Shown: positions 1 through 9,313, numbered from the stretch's first letter. The stretch: DNA of 45,938 nucleotides from Candidatus Fervidifonticultor sextus (GCA_031459875.1 JAVKHQ010000022.1:1-45938); one strand, 5' to 3'. Notes: generated by a model from the letters alone, not told the origin. Made by a program: numbers and translations.

Positions 1-24
1 GATCGTTGACACACGCGGTGGCAT
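1..24 (-). CDS. 5' end of a gene running off the window (MPPRVSTI...), product unknown
   Basis: AGGAGG RBS (35-40) 10 nt before ATG at 24; TAGGAT -10 at 54-59 and regulon box at 81-98 upstream. Confidence 0.4.
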
Positions 25-53
25 CGTCGTTCATCCTCCTCTGCATCCACTCT

Positions 54-98
54 ATCCTACGGACCGCAGACGGGGCGCGCAACGGATGAGCGCCCGAT
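54..98 (-). promoter_or_regulatory. Regulon promoter: box ATCGGG-CGCTCA-TCCGTT (98-81) plus -10 TAGGAT (59-54)
   Basis: Same architecture as seven other promoters here; spacer 21 nt instead of 22. Confidence 0.5.
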
Positions 99-128
99 GT
101 GGAGGTTCCGCCGGCGGGATGGCGGCGT

Positions 129-956
129 CTAGATCGGATCGCGGCCTTCGAAGAAAGCCAGTGCAACGGCCAGCGGGCCCACGATCCACGCGGCGAGCGC
201 GCCGAGCAGCAATCCTGCGGCGCCGGCGGCGCCCAGACGCGCCGTCAGGAAGCCGCCGACCGGACCGAGCACCTCCAGGGCGGGGTCCAGCAGCAGCAGC
301 GCGAGGATGCGGCCGACCTCCACGGGGTTGAGCAGCACGGCCGCCGCCAGCACCGGTGCGCCGGCGCCGGCGGCGGCACCGGCGGCGATCAGCACGAGGT
401 CGAAGGCCACCACGCTGCCGAACCAGACGGCCAGCGCCCACGCCAGGCCCTGCACCCGGCTGCGCACGGCGGCGGCGATGGCCACCCCGATCGACAGGTA
501 GACCGCGGCCACAGCCAGCGCGATCCCCAGGAAGGCCAGGTACTGCCCCCCGCCGCCCGCGCCCGTCGCGAGCCCGATCAGCACACCGGCCAGTCCAAAC
601 CCCAGCAGCGTCGCCAGGCCGATGGCGGCCAGGGCGCCGGCGAAGCGCGCCAGCAGCAGTTCGCTGCGACCGACGGGCTGCGCCAGAAAGCACTCCAGCA
701 GCCCGACCTCGCGGTCGCCGGCCAGGCCCGTAGCACCCAGCAGCAGCGCGATCAACGGCACCAGACCCAGACAGAGGTTAAGCAGGCTGGCCGTGGTCCG
801 CCCGTAGCCCTCCAGGCCCACGGCGCCGGCCAGGCGGAGGCCGAGCAGCGACAGCCCCAGGGCCAGGACCGCGAAGATGCCACCGTAGGCGAGCAGCCAG
901 CGGTGGCGCATGGCCTCGGCGAGTTCGTGGGCGACCAGCGCCCGCATGGGGCTCAT
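129..956 (-). CDS. nosY: NosY ABC transporter permease (copper-site maturation of NosZ)
   Basis: About 6 TM helices, 'DREVGLLECFLAQPVGRSELLLARFAG' and 'LLNPVEVGR' motifs; ATGA-coupled to nosF. Confidence 0.9.
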   Translation of the reverse strand: MSPMRALVAHELAEAMRHRWLLAYGGIFAVLALGLSLLGLRLAGAVGLEGYGRTTASLLNLCLGLVPLIALLLGATGLAGDREVGLLECFLAQPVGRSELLLARFAGALAAIGLATLLGFGLAGVLIGLATGAGGGGQYLAFLGIALAVAAVYLSIGVAIAAAVRSRVQGLAWALAVWFGSVVAFDLVLIAAGAAAGAGAPVLAAAVLLNPVEVGRILALLLLDPALEVLGPVGGFLTARLGAAGAAGLLLGALAAWIVGPLAVALAFFEGRDPI

Positions 957-1846
957 CGGGGCGTCACCGTGCCGGCCAGGACCTCGGGATCCACCGTGGG
1001 TTCCTCCACATGCACCTCCACCGGCCGGACACCGGCGGCGGCGACCGCCGCGAGGACCTCGAACGCGCCGCCGGCGCGGGTGGTCGCCGTGATGGAACCG
1101 GGCGTCTGTGCGATCCGCACGCCGGGCAGCGCGGTCAGGACGGACGTCAGCTCGGCACGTCCGACGCCGTTCACCCCGAACACGACCCGCTGCTGGACGG
1201 CTCCCCCAAGCCCTTCAGGCGGCCCGTCGTAGACGACCCGGCCGCGGTGGAGGACGAGCGCCCGTGTGGCGATCTGCAGCGGTTCGGCCGCCAGATGTGT
1301 GGCCAGCAGAACGGTCCGTCCCTTCCCGGCCGCCTCTTCGAGGTCCCGGTGTAGGGCCCGGCGGGCTGCCACATCCAGACTGGTCGCGGGTTCGTCGAAC
1401 AGCAGGACCGCAGGATCGGCCTGCAGAGCCACGGCCAGGGCCAGCCGCTGCCGCATGCCGCCCGACAGCGTCCTCACCGGCGCGCGGGCCGCCTCCTCCA
1501 GACCGACGCGGCCCAGCACCGCACCATCCCCACGGGTGCGGCCGCGCAGGCGCGCGAAAAGGTCCAGGACCTCGGTGCACGTCAGGTCGGCCGGCAGCGC
1601 CGGGCGCTGCGGGACGTAGCCGAGCAGGGCGCGGGCCCGCCGGCCGTCGCGGGCCACGTCGTGGCCGCCCACCGTGATCGTCCCGTCGAACCGCAGCAGT
1701 CCCAGGATGCAGCGCAACAGCGTGGTCTTGCCCGCGCCGTTGGAGCCCAGCAGCAGCACGAACGCCCCCTGGGGGACCTCAGCCGTGATCCCATCGAGCG
1801 CGGCCACCGAGCCGAAGCGCTTGCGCACATCGCGGAGGGCGATCAC
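953..1846 (-). CDS. nosF: NosF ABC transporter ATP-binding protein
   Basis: Walker A GSNGAGKT, signature LSGGMRQR, Walker B LLFDEP; lies between nosD and nosY. Confidence 0.9.
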   Translation of the reverse strand: MIALRDVRKRFGSVAALDGITAEVPQGAFVLLLGSNGAGKTTLLRCILGLLRFDGTITVGGHDVARDGRRARALLGYVPQRPALPADLTCTEVLDLFARLRGRTRGDGAVLGRVGLEEAARAPVRTLSGGMRQRLALAVALQADPAVLLFDEPATSLDVAARRALHRDLEEAAGKGRTVLLATHLAAEPLQIATRALVLHRGRVVYDGPPEGLGGAVQQRVVFGVNGVGRAELTSVLTALPGVRIAQTPGSITATTRAGGAFEVLAAVAAAGVRPVEVHVEEPTVDPEVLAGTVTPR

Positions 1847-3864
1847 GTCCGCCGCCTCCTAGCCAGCGCCGCGGCGGCCGCGCCGGAGGGGAGCCCCAGG
1901 GCGAGCCCCACCGCCAGCAGACCGGGCTGCGATCGGACCGGCGCGTCCGACCCCGGGACCGCCGGACCCCGTGCGTCGGCGGCCGGGATGCCCGAGGGCG
2001 GCCGCACCAGCGGGGCCGGATCTTCCACCGCCGGGTCGGTGCGCACCAGGGGCAGGATCCGCCCGGCCGCCTCCAGCGCCAGGTGGGCCGGGGTGAACAG
2101 GAACGCCCGCAGTGCCGGCGCGCGGCGTTCCAGGCCTTCCAGCAGGTCGGACCGCCGGTAGGGCACGTCACCGATCCCGTCGCCGTCGGCGTCGAAGCCG
2201 GTGTAGTCGCTCCAGTAGTTGCCGCGGCCGTCTGGCGCCCACCGGTTGGCGTCCGCCCGCACGGCGCCCCGCGCCTGCACCGGCTGGAGGTTCTCGACGA
2301 TCGCGTTCTCCGTGGCCTCAATCGCCGCGGTGCTCATCAGGCTGAAGGCGACCTCGTTGAACGCGATCAGGTTGCGCTCCACGCGAGCCCACCCGTCCAG
2401 CGTCGCGGGCGTGGCGTCGAACTCCAGCGCGATGCGGTTGCGCACGATGCGGTTCCCGCGCACCAGCAGCCGGTCCGCGTCCTTGAAGATCAGGCCGGCG
2501 CCGGCCGCGGCGGAGCGGCTGCCCTCGAAGGTGTTGTCCAGGAGGACGACGTCGCTGGAGTACATCACGGCCGCGCCCACGATGTTCTCCCGGAAGGTGT
2601 TGGCCCGGAAGGTGTTCCGGCGCGAGTACATGTAGTGGATCCCGTATCGGGAGCCGGTGACCGTGTTGCCCTCGACCAGGTTGTCGTCAGAGAACGAGAT
2701 GTAGATGCCGTCCTTGGCCCGCAGGACCCGGTTGGCCTGCAGGCGGGCGCGCTGGGCCTGCCACAGGTAGAGACCGTGGCCGCGTCGCTCCACGGGCAGG
2801 TCGGCGGTGGCAATGGTGTTCCCCTCGATGAGGGCGTCGCGGGCCCCAGCCAGGTAGATGCCGAAGAGGACCTCCCGGATGTCGTTGTGGCGCACCACGG
2901 CGCGGGCACCGCGCACCACCACGCCGGCGGCCTCTCGGCTGTACGCCAGGGCGCTGCCGCGGATGACGAACCCTTCCAGGCGGACATCGTCGCCGGCGAT
3001 CACGACGACGTCGCCGCGGCCGCCGCCGTCAATGGTGGGGCGGCCGATGCCGCGGAGCGTCACCGGCCTGGAGAGCACGAGCGGCCCCGGGTAGCGGCCG
3101 GGCGGCACCTCGATGGTCACCCCCGGCGGCGCCAGGGCGACGACCGCGGCCAGGTCGCCCGCACGGGCGGCGCGGGCCAGCGCATCTGCGCGTGCGGCCC
3201 CGCCCGGGCCGGCCAGGACGGGGAACGTGCCGACGAGCCCGAGCAGCAGCACCCCCGCCGTCACGGCGGCCGCGATCGGGAGACGGCGCGCGGCGGCCCA
3301 CGCGGAGGAACGGCGGACGCCCACCGTGAATGCCAGCGCGCTGAGGACCAACAGCACGAGCCCGGCCCCGGGCAGGGCCGTCACGTTGAAGTTCATCACC
3401 ACGGTCGGGCCGATCACCCGGGGGGTGAACGCCGGCAGCCGGAAGGCGGCCAGCGGGTCCAGGCTGTGCCCGAACTGGTACAGCCGCCACTGCAGGACGG
3501 CCAGACACATCGCCGGCAGCGCCCAGAGCCCCAGCAGGACCAGGGCCCACAGCCAGCGCCACGGGACCACAGCGGACAGCACCAGCCCCACGACCAGCAG
3601 CACCACCGCCGGGTAGAACAGGCGACCCTCGGGGAATTTGCTCGCGTCGATGGCAGCCATGCCGATGTAGTGGTTGAGCGCATTGAGTTCGTCCACATCG
3701 CCAGTGATCCCGCGGCCGTCAATCACCAGCCGCAGGCCGTTAGGGTACTGGGGCGCGTGGAGGGTCATCTTCCACAACGGGAGCGACGCCCCGAGCACCA
3801 GCAGCGCGGAGGCCAGCCCGATCGCGGCCAGCGCCCGGGTCCGCTCCGGGATCCGGGCGCTCAC
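1843..3864 (-). CDS. nosD: NosB-NosD fusion protein (membrane NosB domain + NosD beta-helix + C-terminal TM anchor)
   Basis: N-terminal 'PLWKMTLHAPQYPNGL...GDVDELNALNHYIGM' typical of clade II NosB; 'SRYGIHYMYS' and 'GNYWSDYTGFDADGDGIGDVPY' of NosD; GTG at 3864 overlaps the nosL stop (GTGA). Confidence 0.85.
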   Translation of the reverse strand: MSARIPERTRALAAIGLASALLVLGASLPLWKMTLHAPQYPNGLRLVIDGRGITGDVDELNALNHYIGMAAIDASKFPEGRLFYPAVVLLVVGLVLSAVVPWRWLWALVLLGLWALPAMCLAVLQWRLYQFGHSLDPLAAFRLPAFTPRVIGPTVVMNFNVTALPGAGLVLLVLSALAFTVGVRRSSAWAAARRLPIAAAVTAGVLLLGLVGTFPVLAGPGGAARADALARAARAGDLAAVVALAPPGVTIEVPPGRYPGPLVLSRPVTLRGIGRPTIDGGGRGDVVVIAGDDVRLEGFVIRGSALAYSREAAGVVVRGARAVVRHNDIREVLFGIYLAGARDALIEGNTIATADLPVERRGHGLYLWQAQRARLQANRVLRAKDGIYISFSDDNLVEGNTVTGSRYGIHYMYSRRNTFRANTFRENIVGAAVMYSSDVVLLDNTFEGSRSAAAGAGLIFKDADRLLVRGNRIVRNRIALEFDATPATLDGWARVERNLIAFNEVAFSLMSTAAIEATENAIVENLQPVQARGAVRADANRWAPDGRGNYWSDYTGFDADGDGIGDVPYRRSDLLEGLERRAPALRAFLFTPAHLALEAAGRILPLVRTDPAVEDPAPLVRPPSGIPAADARGPAVPGSDAPVRSQPGLLAVGLALGLPSGAAAAALARRRRT

Positions 3865-4337
3865 GGGTGCGTCTCCGGCATCGCCAGCAGCGCGGCCCAG
3901 CCGACTACCGGGGCCCCGGGGAAGGCCGCGCGGGCCGCCCCGGTGCTGGCGAAGGCCGCCAGCCCCGTGTTCATGGGCGTCCGGATCGCCTGGGACCGGA
4001 CGTAGATCGCGGCGGATGCCTCCAGCCACTGCTCCGTGGCCATGTCATGGACATAGCCGACGGCCGCCTGCGCCGCGAGCGCCCTGGCGGCGTGCGCGAC
4101 CATGCACCCGATGTCGTCGTAGCGGAACACCGTCTGGCCCTGGCGCGTGGCGGCCGCAAACCGCGGGTCGCTGATGAGCATGCCGCAGTGGTCGCAGCGG
4201 TCGCGGTCGTAGCGAATCGCCGGCGGCCCGCCCGCCGCGGGCGCCCGGCCCAGCAGCGCCCAGGCGGCGGGCGCCACCGCCGCGCCGCCCGCGGCCAGCG
4301 CCGCCAGGTGCAGGAACCTCCTCCGCGTCAACGTCAT
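3861..4337 (-). CDS. nosL: NosL copper chaperone with Tat-like leader
   Basis: CDHCGM, 'YDDIGCM' and 'TPMNTGL' NosL motifs; leader TRRRFLH; GGAGG RBS before ATG 4337. Confidence 0.88.
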   Translation of the reverse strand: MTLTRRRFLHLAALAAGGAAVAPAAWALLGRAPAAGGPPAIRYDRDRCDHCGMLISDPRFAAATRQGQTVFRYDDIGCMVAHAARALAAQAAVGYVHDMATEQWLEASAAIYVRSQAIRTPMNTGLAAFASTGAARAAFPGAPVVGWAALLAMPETHP

Positions 4338-4348
4338 GGGCGTCCTCC

Positions 4349-4373
4349 GGGGAGGGGCGGATGGCCCCTCCCC
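4349..4373 (-). terminator. 10-bp GC hairpin between nosZ and nosL (mRNA stabiliser or partial terminator)
   Basis: GGGGAGGGGC-GGATG-GCCCCTCCCC perfect inverted repeat; no U-tract. Confidence 0.5.
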
Positions 4374-4386
4374 TCCCATCCTCTAC

Positions 4387-6369
4387 CTAGGGCTCCACCA
4401 GCAGCCACCCCTGCATCTCCAGGTGCAGCGCCGAGCAGAACTCGGTGCAGTAGAAACTGAATGCCCCGGCCTTGGTGGCCACGAACTTCACGGTGACCGT
4501 CTCGCCGGGATCGATGCTCATCTGGACGTTGTACTCGGGGATCGCGAAGCCGTGCGTCGCGTCCCGGGTCTTCTCGGTGTTGGTGATGTGCAGGACGACG
4601 GTATCCCCCTTCTTCACGCGGATGATGTCGGGACGGAAGTTGCTGCGGGCCGCCGTCATCCACACCGTGACCACGTTGCCCGTGCGCTCGACCCGCTCCT
4701 TGGTGCGTTCAACCGCATGGGGGCTGCGCTGCATCGTGAGGATATCGGTGCCGGCAGGGTACACCTGCCAGGCCTTGATCTTATCGGCCTTGATGATCTG
4801 GGCGTAGTGGGGCTCGGCGTTGGGGACGGGCATGTCGTAGACCACCCGCATCTTGGACGCGGTCAGGTCGACCAGCTGGAAGTTCTGCGGGTGCAGCGGC
4901 CCCAGCACGGGATACCGGTCCACCGACCACTTGTTCAGCGCCACCAGGTAGCGGCCGTCGGGGCTCACGGTGTCGCCCTCCGCCGTGGCCAGGTGCCCGA
5001 TGTTGTAGTGCACCGACACCTTGTCCACCAGCTTCCAGGCCGCCTCGCCCTTGAAATAGGGCTCACCCAGCGTCCACTTGGCCACCGCGCTGTCTACGAA
5101 CAGACTGGTGTAGGCATAGCCCCGCTCGTCGAACTGGGTGTGCAGCGGCCCGTTCCCCACCGGCACGCGGGCGGCGATCACGGCGTCGAACTTCAGAATC
5201 GGCACGCCGAAGGGATCGGTCCCCTCGAAGTTCCTGGCGGCGATGGCGGCCTTGATCCTGTCGATGTCGTAGACGGTGGTGTGCGGATCCAGTTTCCCCG
5301 AGACGACGATGTACTTCCCGTTGGGCGCCACATCCACCCCGTGGGGGCTGCGCGGCTCCGGCGCGAAGTAGAGCAGCCCTTCCGCGATGGCCGTCTTGAG
5401 GGGGATGACCCGGATCCCGTTCCTCATCTCGAACTTCCCGGCCCGGACGACCTCCTCGGCCTTCTTCCAGTTGATGATGTGGAGGAAGTCGAAGTCCCTG
5501 GCGGAGGCGCCGGCCTCAATGGCCGGCCTGCCCTCCATGTTGCCGCCCGTGGCCATCTCGGTGTTGTAGGAGTTGATGAAGCCCCAGCCGTCGCTGGCGA
5601 GTTTCCCGGCGTCGGCCAGGTCCTGGTTGTAGGGCGGCAACTCGATCTGGAACGACCGGGCTAGGTCGATGCGCCCGGTCTGTTTGTCGACGGCCAGCCA
5701 GGCCGAGACGCCCCGGTAGCGCTCCTTGTACTGCTCCAGCGGCGCGTATCCCCCGCCCCAGACCATCGGGATCTTGCTGGAGACGTGCACGTAGTCGGTG
5801 TTGGGCGTGGCGAAGACCCCGCCGTGGTTGGTCTGCATGTTGGGGATCTTGAGGATCTGCTTGACGCGGAAGTCCCGCAGGTCAATCATGGCGATCCGGC
5901 CGTTGGCGCGGTCGTTGATGTACAACCAGCGGCCGTCGTACTCGCCACCGGTCTCCGACAAGGCGGGATGGTGGGTGTCGCCCCAGGAGAGCGGCACGCC
6001 GTTCCCGTTGGCCCCTTCCTCCAGGACCTTCTCCGACCAGTCCGCGCCGTAGCCGAAGCCCTGCCACGGCTCGGTGGTGAAGGTCGCGATGACCTTGAGG
6101 AGGCGCATGGACGGCAGGCCGATCACCAGCACCTGGCCGCCGTGGCCGCCGGACGAGAACATCAGGTACTCGTCCTGCCGGCCCGGCGGGACGAAACTCT
6201 GGACGGCGAAGGTCACCTCGTCCGGCTTGAGGCCGCGGGCCCCGGCGGCCCGCGCGGCCTCCTGCAGTCCGGCCAGGCCGGAGGCGGACCGGGCGCCGAC
6301 CAGGTAGGCGCCGGCGACCAGCACCGCGGCCAGGACCACCGCCACGACGGTGAGCGTCAAACGGGTCAT
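4387..6369 (-). CDS. nosZ: Clade II (Sec-pathway exported) nitrous oxide reductase, 660 aa
   Basis: WGDTHHP, SPHGVDV, GPLHTQF, NIGHL, EPHY CuZ motifs; CuA 'THGF...CTEFCSALHLEM'; hydrophobic leader without twin Arg; GGAGG RBS and ATGA overlap with the rrf2 stop. Confidence 0.96.
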   Translation of the reverse strand: MTRLTLTVVAVVLAAVLVAGAYLVGARSASGLAGLQEAARAAGARGLKPDEVTFAVQSFVPPGRQDEYLMFSSGGHGGQVLVIGLPSMRLLKVIATFTTEPWQGFGYGADWSEKVLEEGANGNGVPLSWGDTHHPALSETGGEYDGRWLYINDRANGRIAMIDLRDFRVKQILKIPNMQTNHGGVFATPNTDYVHVSSKIPMVWGGGYAPLEQYKERYRGVSAWLAVDKQTGRIDLARSFQIELPPYNQDLADAGKLASDGWGFINSYNTEMATGGNMEGRPAIEAGASARDFDFLHIINWKKAEEVVRAGKFEMRNGIRVIPLKTAIAEGLLYFAPEPRSPHGVDVAPNGKYIVVSGKLDPHTTVYDIDRIKAAIAARNFEGTDPFGVPILKFDAVIAARVPVGNGPLHTQFDERGYAYTSLFVDSAVAKWTLGEPYFKGEAAWKLVDKVSVHYNIGHLATAEGDTVSPDGRYLVALNKWSVDRYPVLGPLHPQNFQLVDLTASKMRVVYDMPVPNAEPHYAQIIKADKIKAWQVYPAGTDILTMQRSPHAVERTKERVERTGNVVTVWMTAARSNFRPDIIRVKKGDTVVLHITNTEKTRDATHGFAIPEYNVQMSIDPGETVTVKFVATKAGAFSFYCTEFCSALHLEMQGWLLVEP

Positions 6370-6824
6370 GCGGATTCCTCCCTTCGGGTGGATGTGGGAT
6401 CTGCCACAGTGACGGTGCGCCTCGGCAACCGCCGGACGCCCGCCGACAGGTCTGCAACGGTCACGCTGTCCAGGAGCCGTTCGATCTCGCGCTGGATCGT
6501 GCCCAGCGCCGCCCTGACCGGGCAGGGCTGGGCGCAGGGGCAGTCGTCGTACACGATGCACCGCGAGATGGCCAGCGGGCCCTCGATGGCGTCGATGACC
6601 TGGCGCAGGGTGATCTGCGCCGCGGGCCTGGCCAGGCGCACCCCGCCGCGGGCGCCGCGGGTCGTCCGCACGATTCCCCCGCGCACCAACTGCTGCACGA
6701 TCTTGCCGGCCTGCGCTGGCGGGATGCTGCGGCGCGCGGCCAGGGCCCCGGTCTGGGTCGGCCCCTCCACCGCCAGGTCCAGGACGGCCCGCAGCGCCAG
6801 CTGGGCCGCGCGGCTCAGTTCCAT
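6366..6824 (-). CDS. Rrf2-family (NsrR/IscR-like) Fe-S transcriptional regulator
   Basis: 'RGARGGVRLARPAAQITLRQVIDAIEG' wing motif; C-x5-C-x5-C cluster ligands (CIVYDDCPCAQPC). Confidence 0.9.
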   Translation of the reverse strand: MELSRAAQLALRAVLDLAVEGPTQTGALAARRSIPPAQAGKIVQQLVRGGIVRTTRGARGGVRLARPAAQITLRQVIDAIEGPLAISRCIVYDDCPCAQPCPVRAALGTIQREIERLLDSVTVADLSAGVRRLPRRTVTVADPTSTRREESA

Positions 6825-6826
6825 GA

Positions 6827-6850
6827 AAACCGGAGAATCCCCATAGGTTT
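6827..6850. promoter_or_regulatory. Putative Rrf2 operator (24-bp imperfect dyad AAACCGGAGAATCCCCATAGGTTT)
   Basis: AT-rich dyad between the predicted TSS and the rrf2 start; resembles the dyad at 17603-17626. Confidence 0.45.
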
Positions 6851-6860
6851 GTCGCCTTTG

Positions 6861-6930
6861 ACCGTAGGGGATGGCGCGCGGGCAGACCATCGGGAGGTGA
6901 CCTGATTTCGCATCGGGGAGACACCCGATG
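6861..6930 (-). promoter_or_regulatory. nos operon promoter: -10 TACGGT (6866-6861), box ATCAGG-TCACCT-CCCGAT (6906-6889), second box CATCGGG-N6-CCCGATG (6911-6930)
   Basis: Two tandem inverted repeats, the second perfect; 22-nt spacer to the -10. Confidence 0.7.
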
Positions 6931-6955
6931 CCGGCCTGGACGGGCTGAACGGGAA

Positions 6956-6977
6956 GGGGCGGGGTCTCCCCCGCCCC
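6956..6977 (-). terminator. GC hairpin after the cupredoxin gene
   Basis: GGGGCGGGG-TCTC-CCCCGCCCC, 9-bp stem, only a short U-tract. Confidence 0.4.
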
Positions 6978-7001
6978 CTGGGCTCGGACCCTGCGGGCGT
7001 C

Positions 7002-7421
7002 CTACGGCTCGACTTTGAGCTCGCCCACCATCTCGGGGTGGTAGGTGCAGACCATCTTGTAGGTCCCCGGCTTGTCGATCTTCACCTTGAACTTGCTCTC
7101 CTGGCCGGCGTTGACGGCGATGTCGGAGGCGAAGTCCTGCCCGACCTGGTCCTTGGCCTGGATGATGAGATTGTGGACGGTCGTGCCCTCGTTGTCGAAT
7201 TCGAACTCGTACTCCCGACCGGCCTTGATGGTGATGGTCGCGGGCTCATAGAGGTTGTCTTTCCCGACGATCTTGATCTCCGTGGTCCCCGCCGGGGATG
7301 CGGGAGCCGCACCGGTCGGCTGCTCGGGCTGCGGTTGAGGTGGCTGGGCCGACCGGCCGCCGCACCCGGCGGCGAGCACCGCGACCAGCAAGACGGCGAC
7401 GAGCCACACTGCGCTGCGCAT
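7002..7421 (-). CDS. Cupredoxin (type 1 copper) lipoprotein
   Basis: Lipobox LAAG-C, Pro-rich linker, 'VHNL...CTYHPEM' T1 Cu ligands; AGGAGG RBS. Confidence 0.85.
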   Translation of the reverse strand: MRSAVWLVAVLLVAVLAAGCGGRSAQPPQPQPEQPTGAAPASPAGTTEIKIVGKDNLYEPATITIKAGREYEFEFDNEGTTVHNLIIQAKDQVGQDFASDIAVNAGQESKFKVKIDKPGTYKMVCTYHPEMVGELKVEP

Positions 7422-7549
7422 TCGAATGCTTCCTCCTCCTCGTGTGGTGTAACCCCTCTCCGGCGGGTTACCCAGGCAAGGGTAGCGCGACATCCCTCAC
7501 GTGGCAAGTGGGAAAATCGGCGGGTGCATCGGGCGGGTGCGGTGCGGCC

Positions 7550-8776
7550 CTACGCCGGGCGCGGCTGCAGCACGACTTTGACGGCACGGTGCCGGCGCTT
7601 GTCCCCGGCAACGTCCATGGCCCTGCGGTACTCGGCGAGCGGAAACCGGTGGGTCACGAGCGGCCGCAGGTCCACCTGGCCGGAGGCCAGCAGTTCCATG
7701 GCCAGGTCGATGGCACGGACCGTCCGGCCGTCGACGCGCTCCCGGGCATAGGAAAACGTGCCGCGCACCGACACCTCGCGCAGCCAGATCGGCGTCCAGT
7801 CCACGCCCTGCGGGACCGCGGCCAATCCGACGAGCACGACCGTGCCGCCGGCGCGGGTCAGGCGCAGCGCGTCGTCGATGCTTTGCGCCTTCCCGACACA
7901 CTCCAGGGCGACATCCACGCCGCCGGTGAGCACCGGCGGCCCGAGCAGCGGCCGCAGCACCCTGGCGCCGGTCAGCCGCGCGATCTCCTGGTAGTGGGCG
8001 CCGCGGTCGGGCGCGACCACGGCGGCCGCGCCCAGGCGCCGGGCCAGGTCGGCCTGGTGGGGATGCCGGGCGAGCACGACGGCCTGCGATGCGGGCCGCA
8101 GGGCGCGCAGCGCGGCCACCGCCGCCAACCCGATGGTACCGGCTCCGGCGACCAGCACGATCGAGGTCTCTGGGGCCACGAACCGCAACACGGCGTGCAC
8201 GGCCACCGCCAGCGGTTCGACCATGACGGCCTGTTCGTCGGACATCTGCGGCGGGACCGGCACGAGCTGCGACCGGTGGGCCACCAGCACCTCGCCCCAG
8301 GACCCGCCGACGTCGCGGCAGGCGCCGTGGCCGAGCCCGGGCGCCAGGGCGCCTTCGGCGAAGCGGCTGCACAGGTTGTAGTCACCCCGGGCGCACGCCC
8401 CGCAGGGGTCGGCAAACCCCCGGGTGGCGCACGGCAGCAGCGGTTCCACCACGACCCGGCTCCCGACGACGGCGCCGGCATCGGCGCCGGCTTCCACCAC
8501 GGTGCCGACGTTCTCGTGCCCGACCACAAACGGCATCGAGGCGTAGACGGAGGCCGCCAGGCTGGTCTCCAGGTGGACGAGGCTCAGGTCGCTCCCGCAG
8601 ATTCCGGCCAGGTCCACGCGCACCCGCAGCCACTCGGATCCCGGGAGGCGCGGTTCGGGAATCTCCCTGAGTTGCACCGGGCTGACCTGGCTCAGGTAGG
8701 CTCCTGGCCAGAGCCGACCGAGCGCTCGCGCAGCGAGGTAGCGCGGGATGGTGGCGTGGGCGACGACGGCCTTCAT
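7550..8776 (-). CDS. Zinc-dependent medium-chain dehydrogenase/reductase
   Basis: GICGSD, GHENVG, structural Zn Cys cluster (CATRG...CGAC...NLC), GAGTIG Rossmann motif. Confidence 0.88.
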   Translation of the reverse strand: MKAVVAHATIPRYLAARALGRLWPGAYLSQVSPVQLREIPEPRLPGSEWLRVRVDLAGICGSDLSLVHLETSLAASVYASMPFVVGHENVGTVVEAGADAGAVVGSRVVVEPLLPCATRGFADPCGACARGDYNLCSRFAEGALAPGLGHGACRDVGGSWGEVLVAHRSQLVPVPPQMSDEQAVMVEPLAVAVHAVLRFVAPETSIVLVAGAGTIGLAAVAALRALRPASQAVVLARHPHQADLARRLGAAAVVAPDRGAHYQEIARLTGARVLRPLLGPPVLTGGVDVALECVGKAQSIDDALRLTRAGGTVVLVGLAAVPQGVDWTPIWLREVSVRGTFSYARERVDGRTVRAIDLAMELLASGQVDLRPLVTHRFPLAEYRRAMDVAGDKRRHRAVKVVLQPRPA

Positions 8777-8827
8777 GGGACCACGGTTCCGGGCAGGGTC
8801 GGGGTCCCCCTGCCGGGACCGCACCGG

Positions 8828-9313
8828 TCAGCGCGGCTGGTCCAGCACGACCAGGTACCCCACCTGCGTCTCGTGGTCGGGCGAGCAGTCCCCCGTGGCC
8901 GGATTGTAGGGGACGTTGCAGTGGTAGCGGAACATCCCCACCTTGTCCGCGACAAAGGTCAGGGTCTCCTGCCCCTTGGGACCGCCGGGCAGCGGACGGG
9001 TCCGGACACCGTAGCCTTCGATCTCGAAGCCGTGGGTGGAAAAGGTCAGGTTCATCACCCGCAGCCGCACCGTGTCGCCGCGCCGGACGGTGATCATCGA
9101 CGGGTTGAAGAAGTGGTGTTCTGCAGCGCCCAGGGCGCCGACACCGGTGATGATGACCGAGAGGTCTACCGTGGTCGGCCCGGCGGGGGCGGGCGCGGCG
9201 GGCGGGGCGGGCCGGGCCGCCGATAGCGCGGTGAGCAGGATCGCCACGAGGGAGATCAGGATGGCCGCCAGGGCCGAAGAGGCAGAGCCTGTCCGCATCG
9301 CCGACGGGCTCAC
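8828..9313 (-). CDS. Exported cupredoxin with atypical CuA-like loop (C-x10-C-x3-H-x2-Q)
   Basis: N-terminal TM/signal, 'THGFEIEGY', 'CNVPYNPATGDCSPDHETQ'; GTGA overlap with the upstream paralog. Confidence 0.78.
   Translation of the reverse strand: MSPSAMRTGSASSALAAILISLVAILLTALSAARPAPPAAPAPAGPTTVDLSVIITGVGALGAAEHHFFNPSMITVRRGDTVRLRVMNLTFSTHGFEIEGYGVRTRPLPGGPKGQETLTFVADKVGMFRYHCNVPYNPATGDCSPDHETQVGYLVVLDQPR

Noticed and set aside
6370..6924. 185-aa N-terminal extension of NosZ in the ORF track
   Set aside because: It overlaps rrf2 in another frame; RBS, ATGA coupling and signal peptide place the start at 6369.
7469..7524. TACCC-N6-GGGTA dyad or regulon promoter upstream of the lipoprotein cupredoxin
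   Set aside because: A TACCCT hexamer is present, but the sequence at the expected box position matches poorly; not counted in the regulon.
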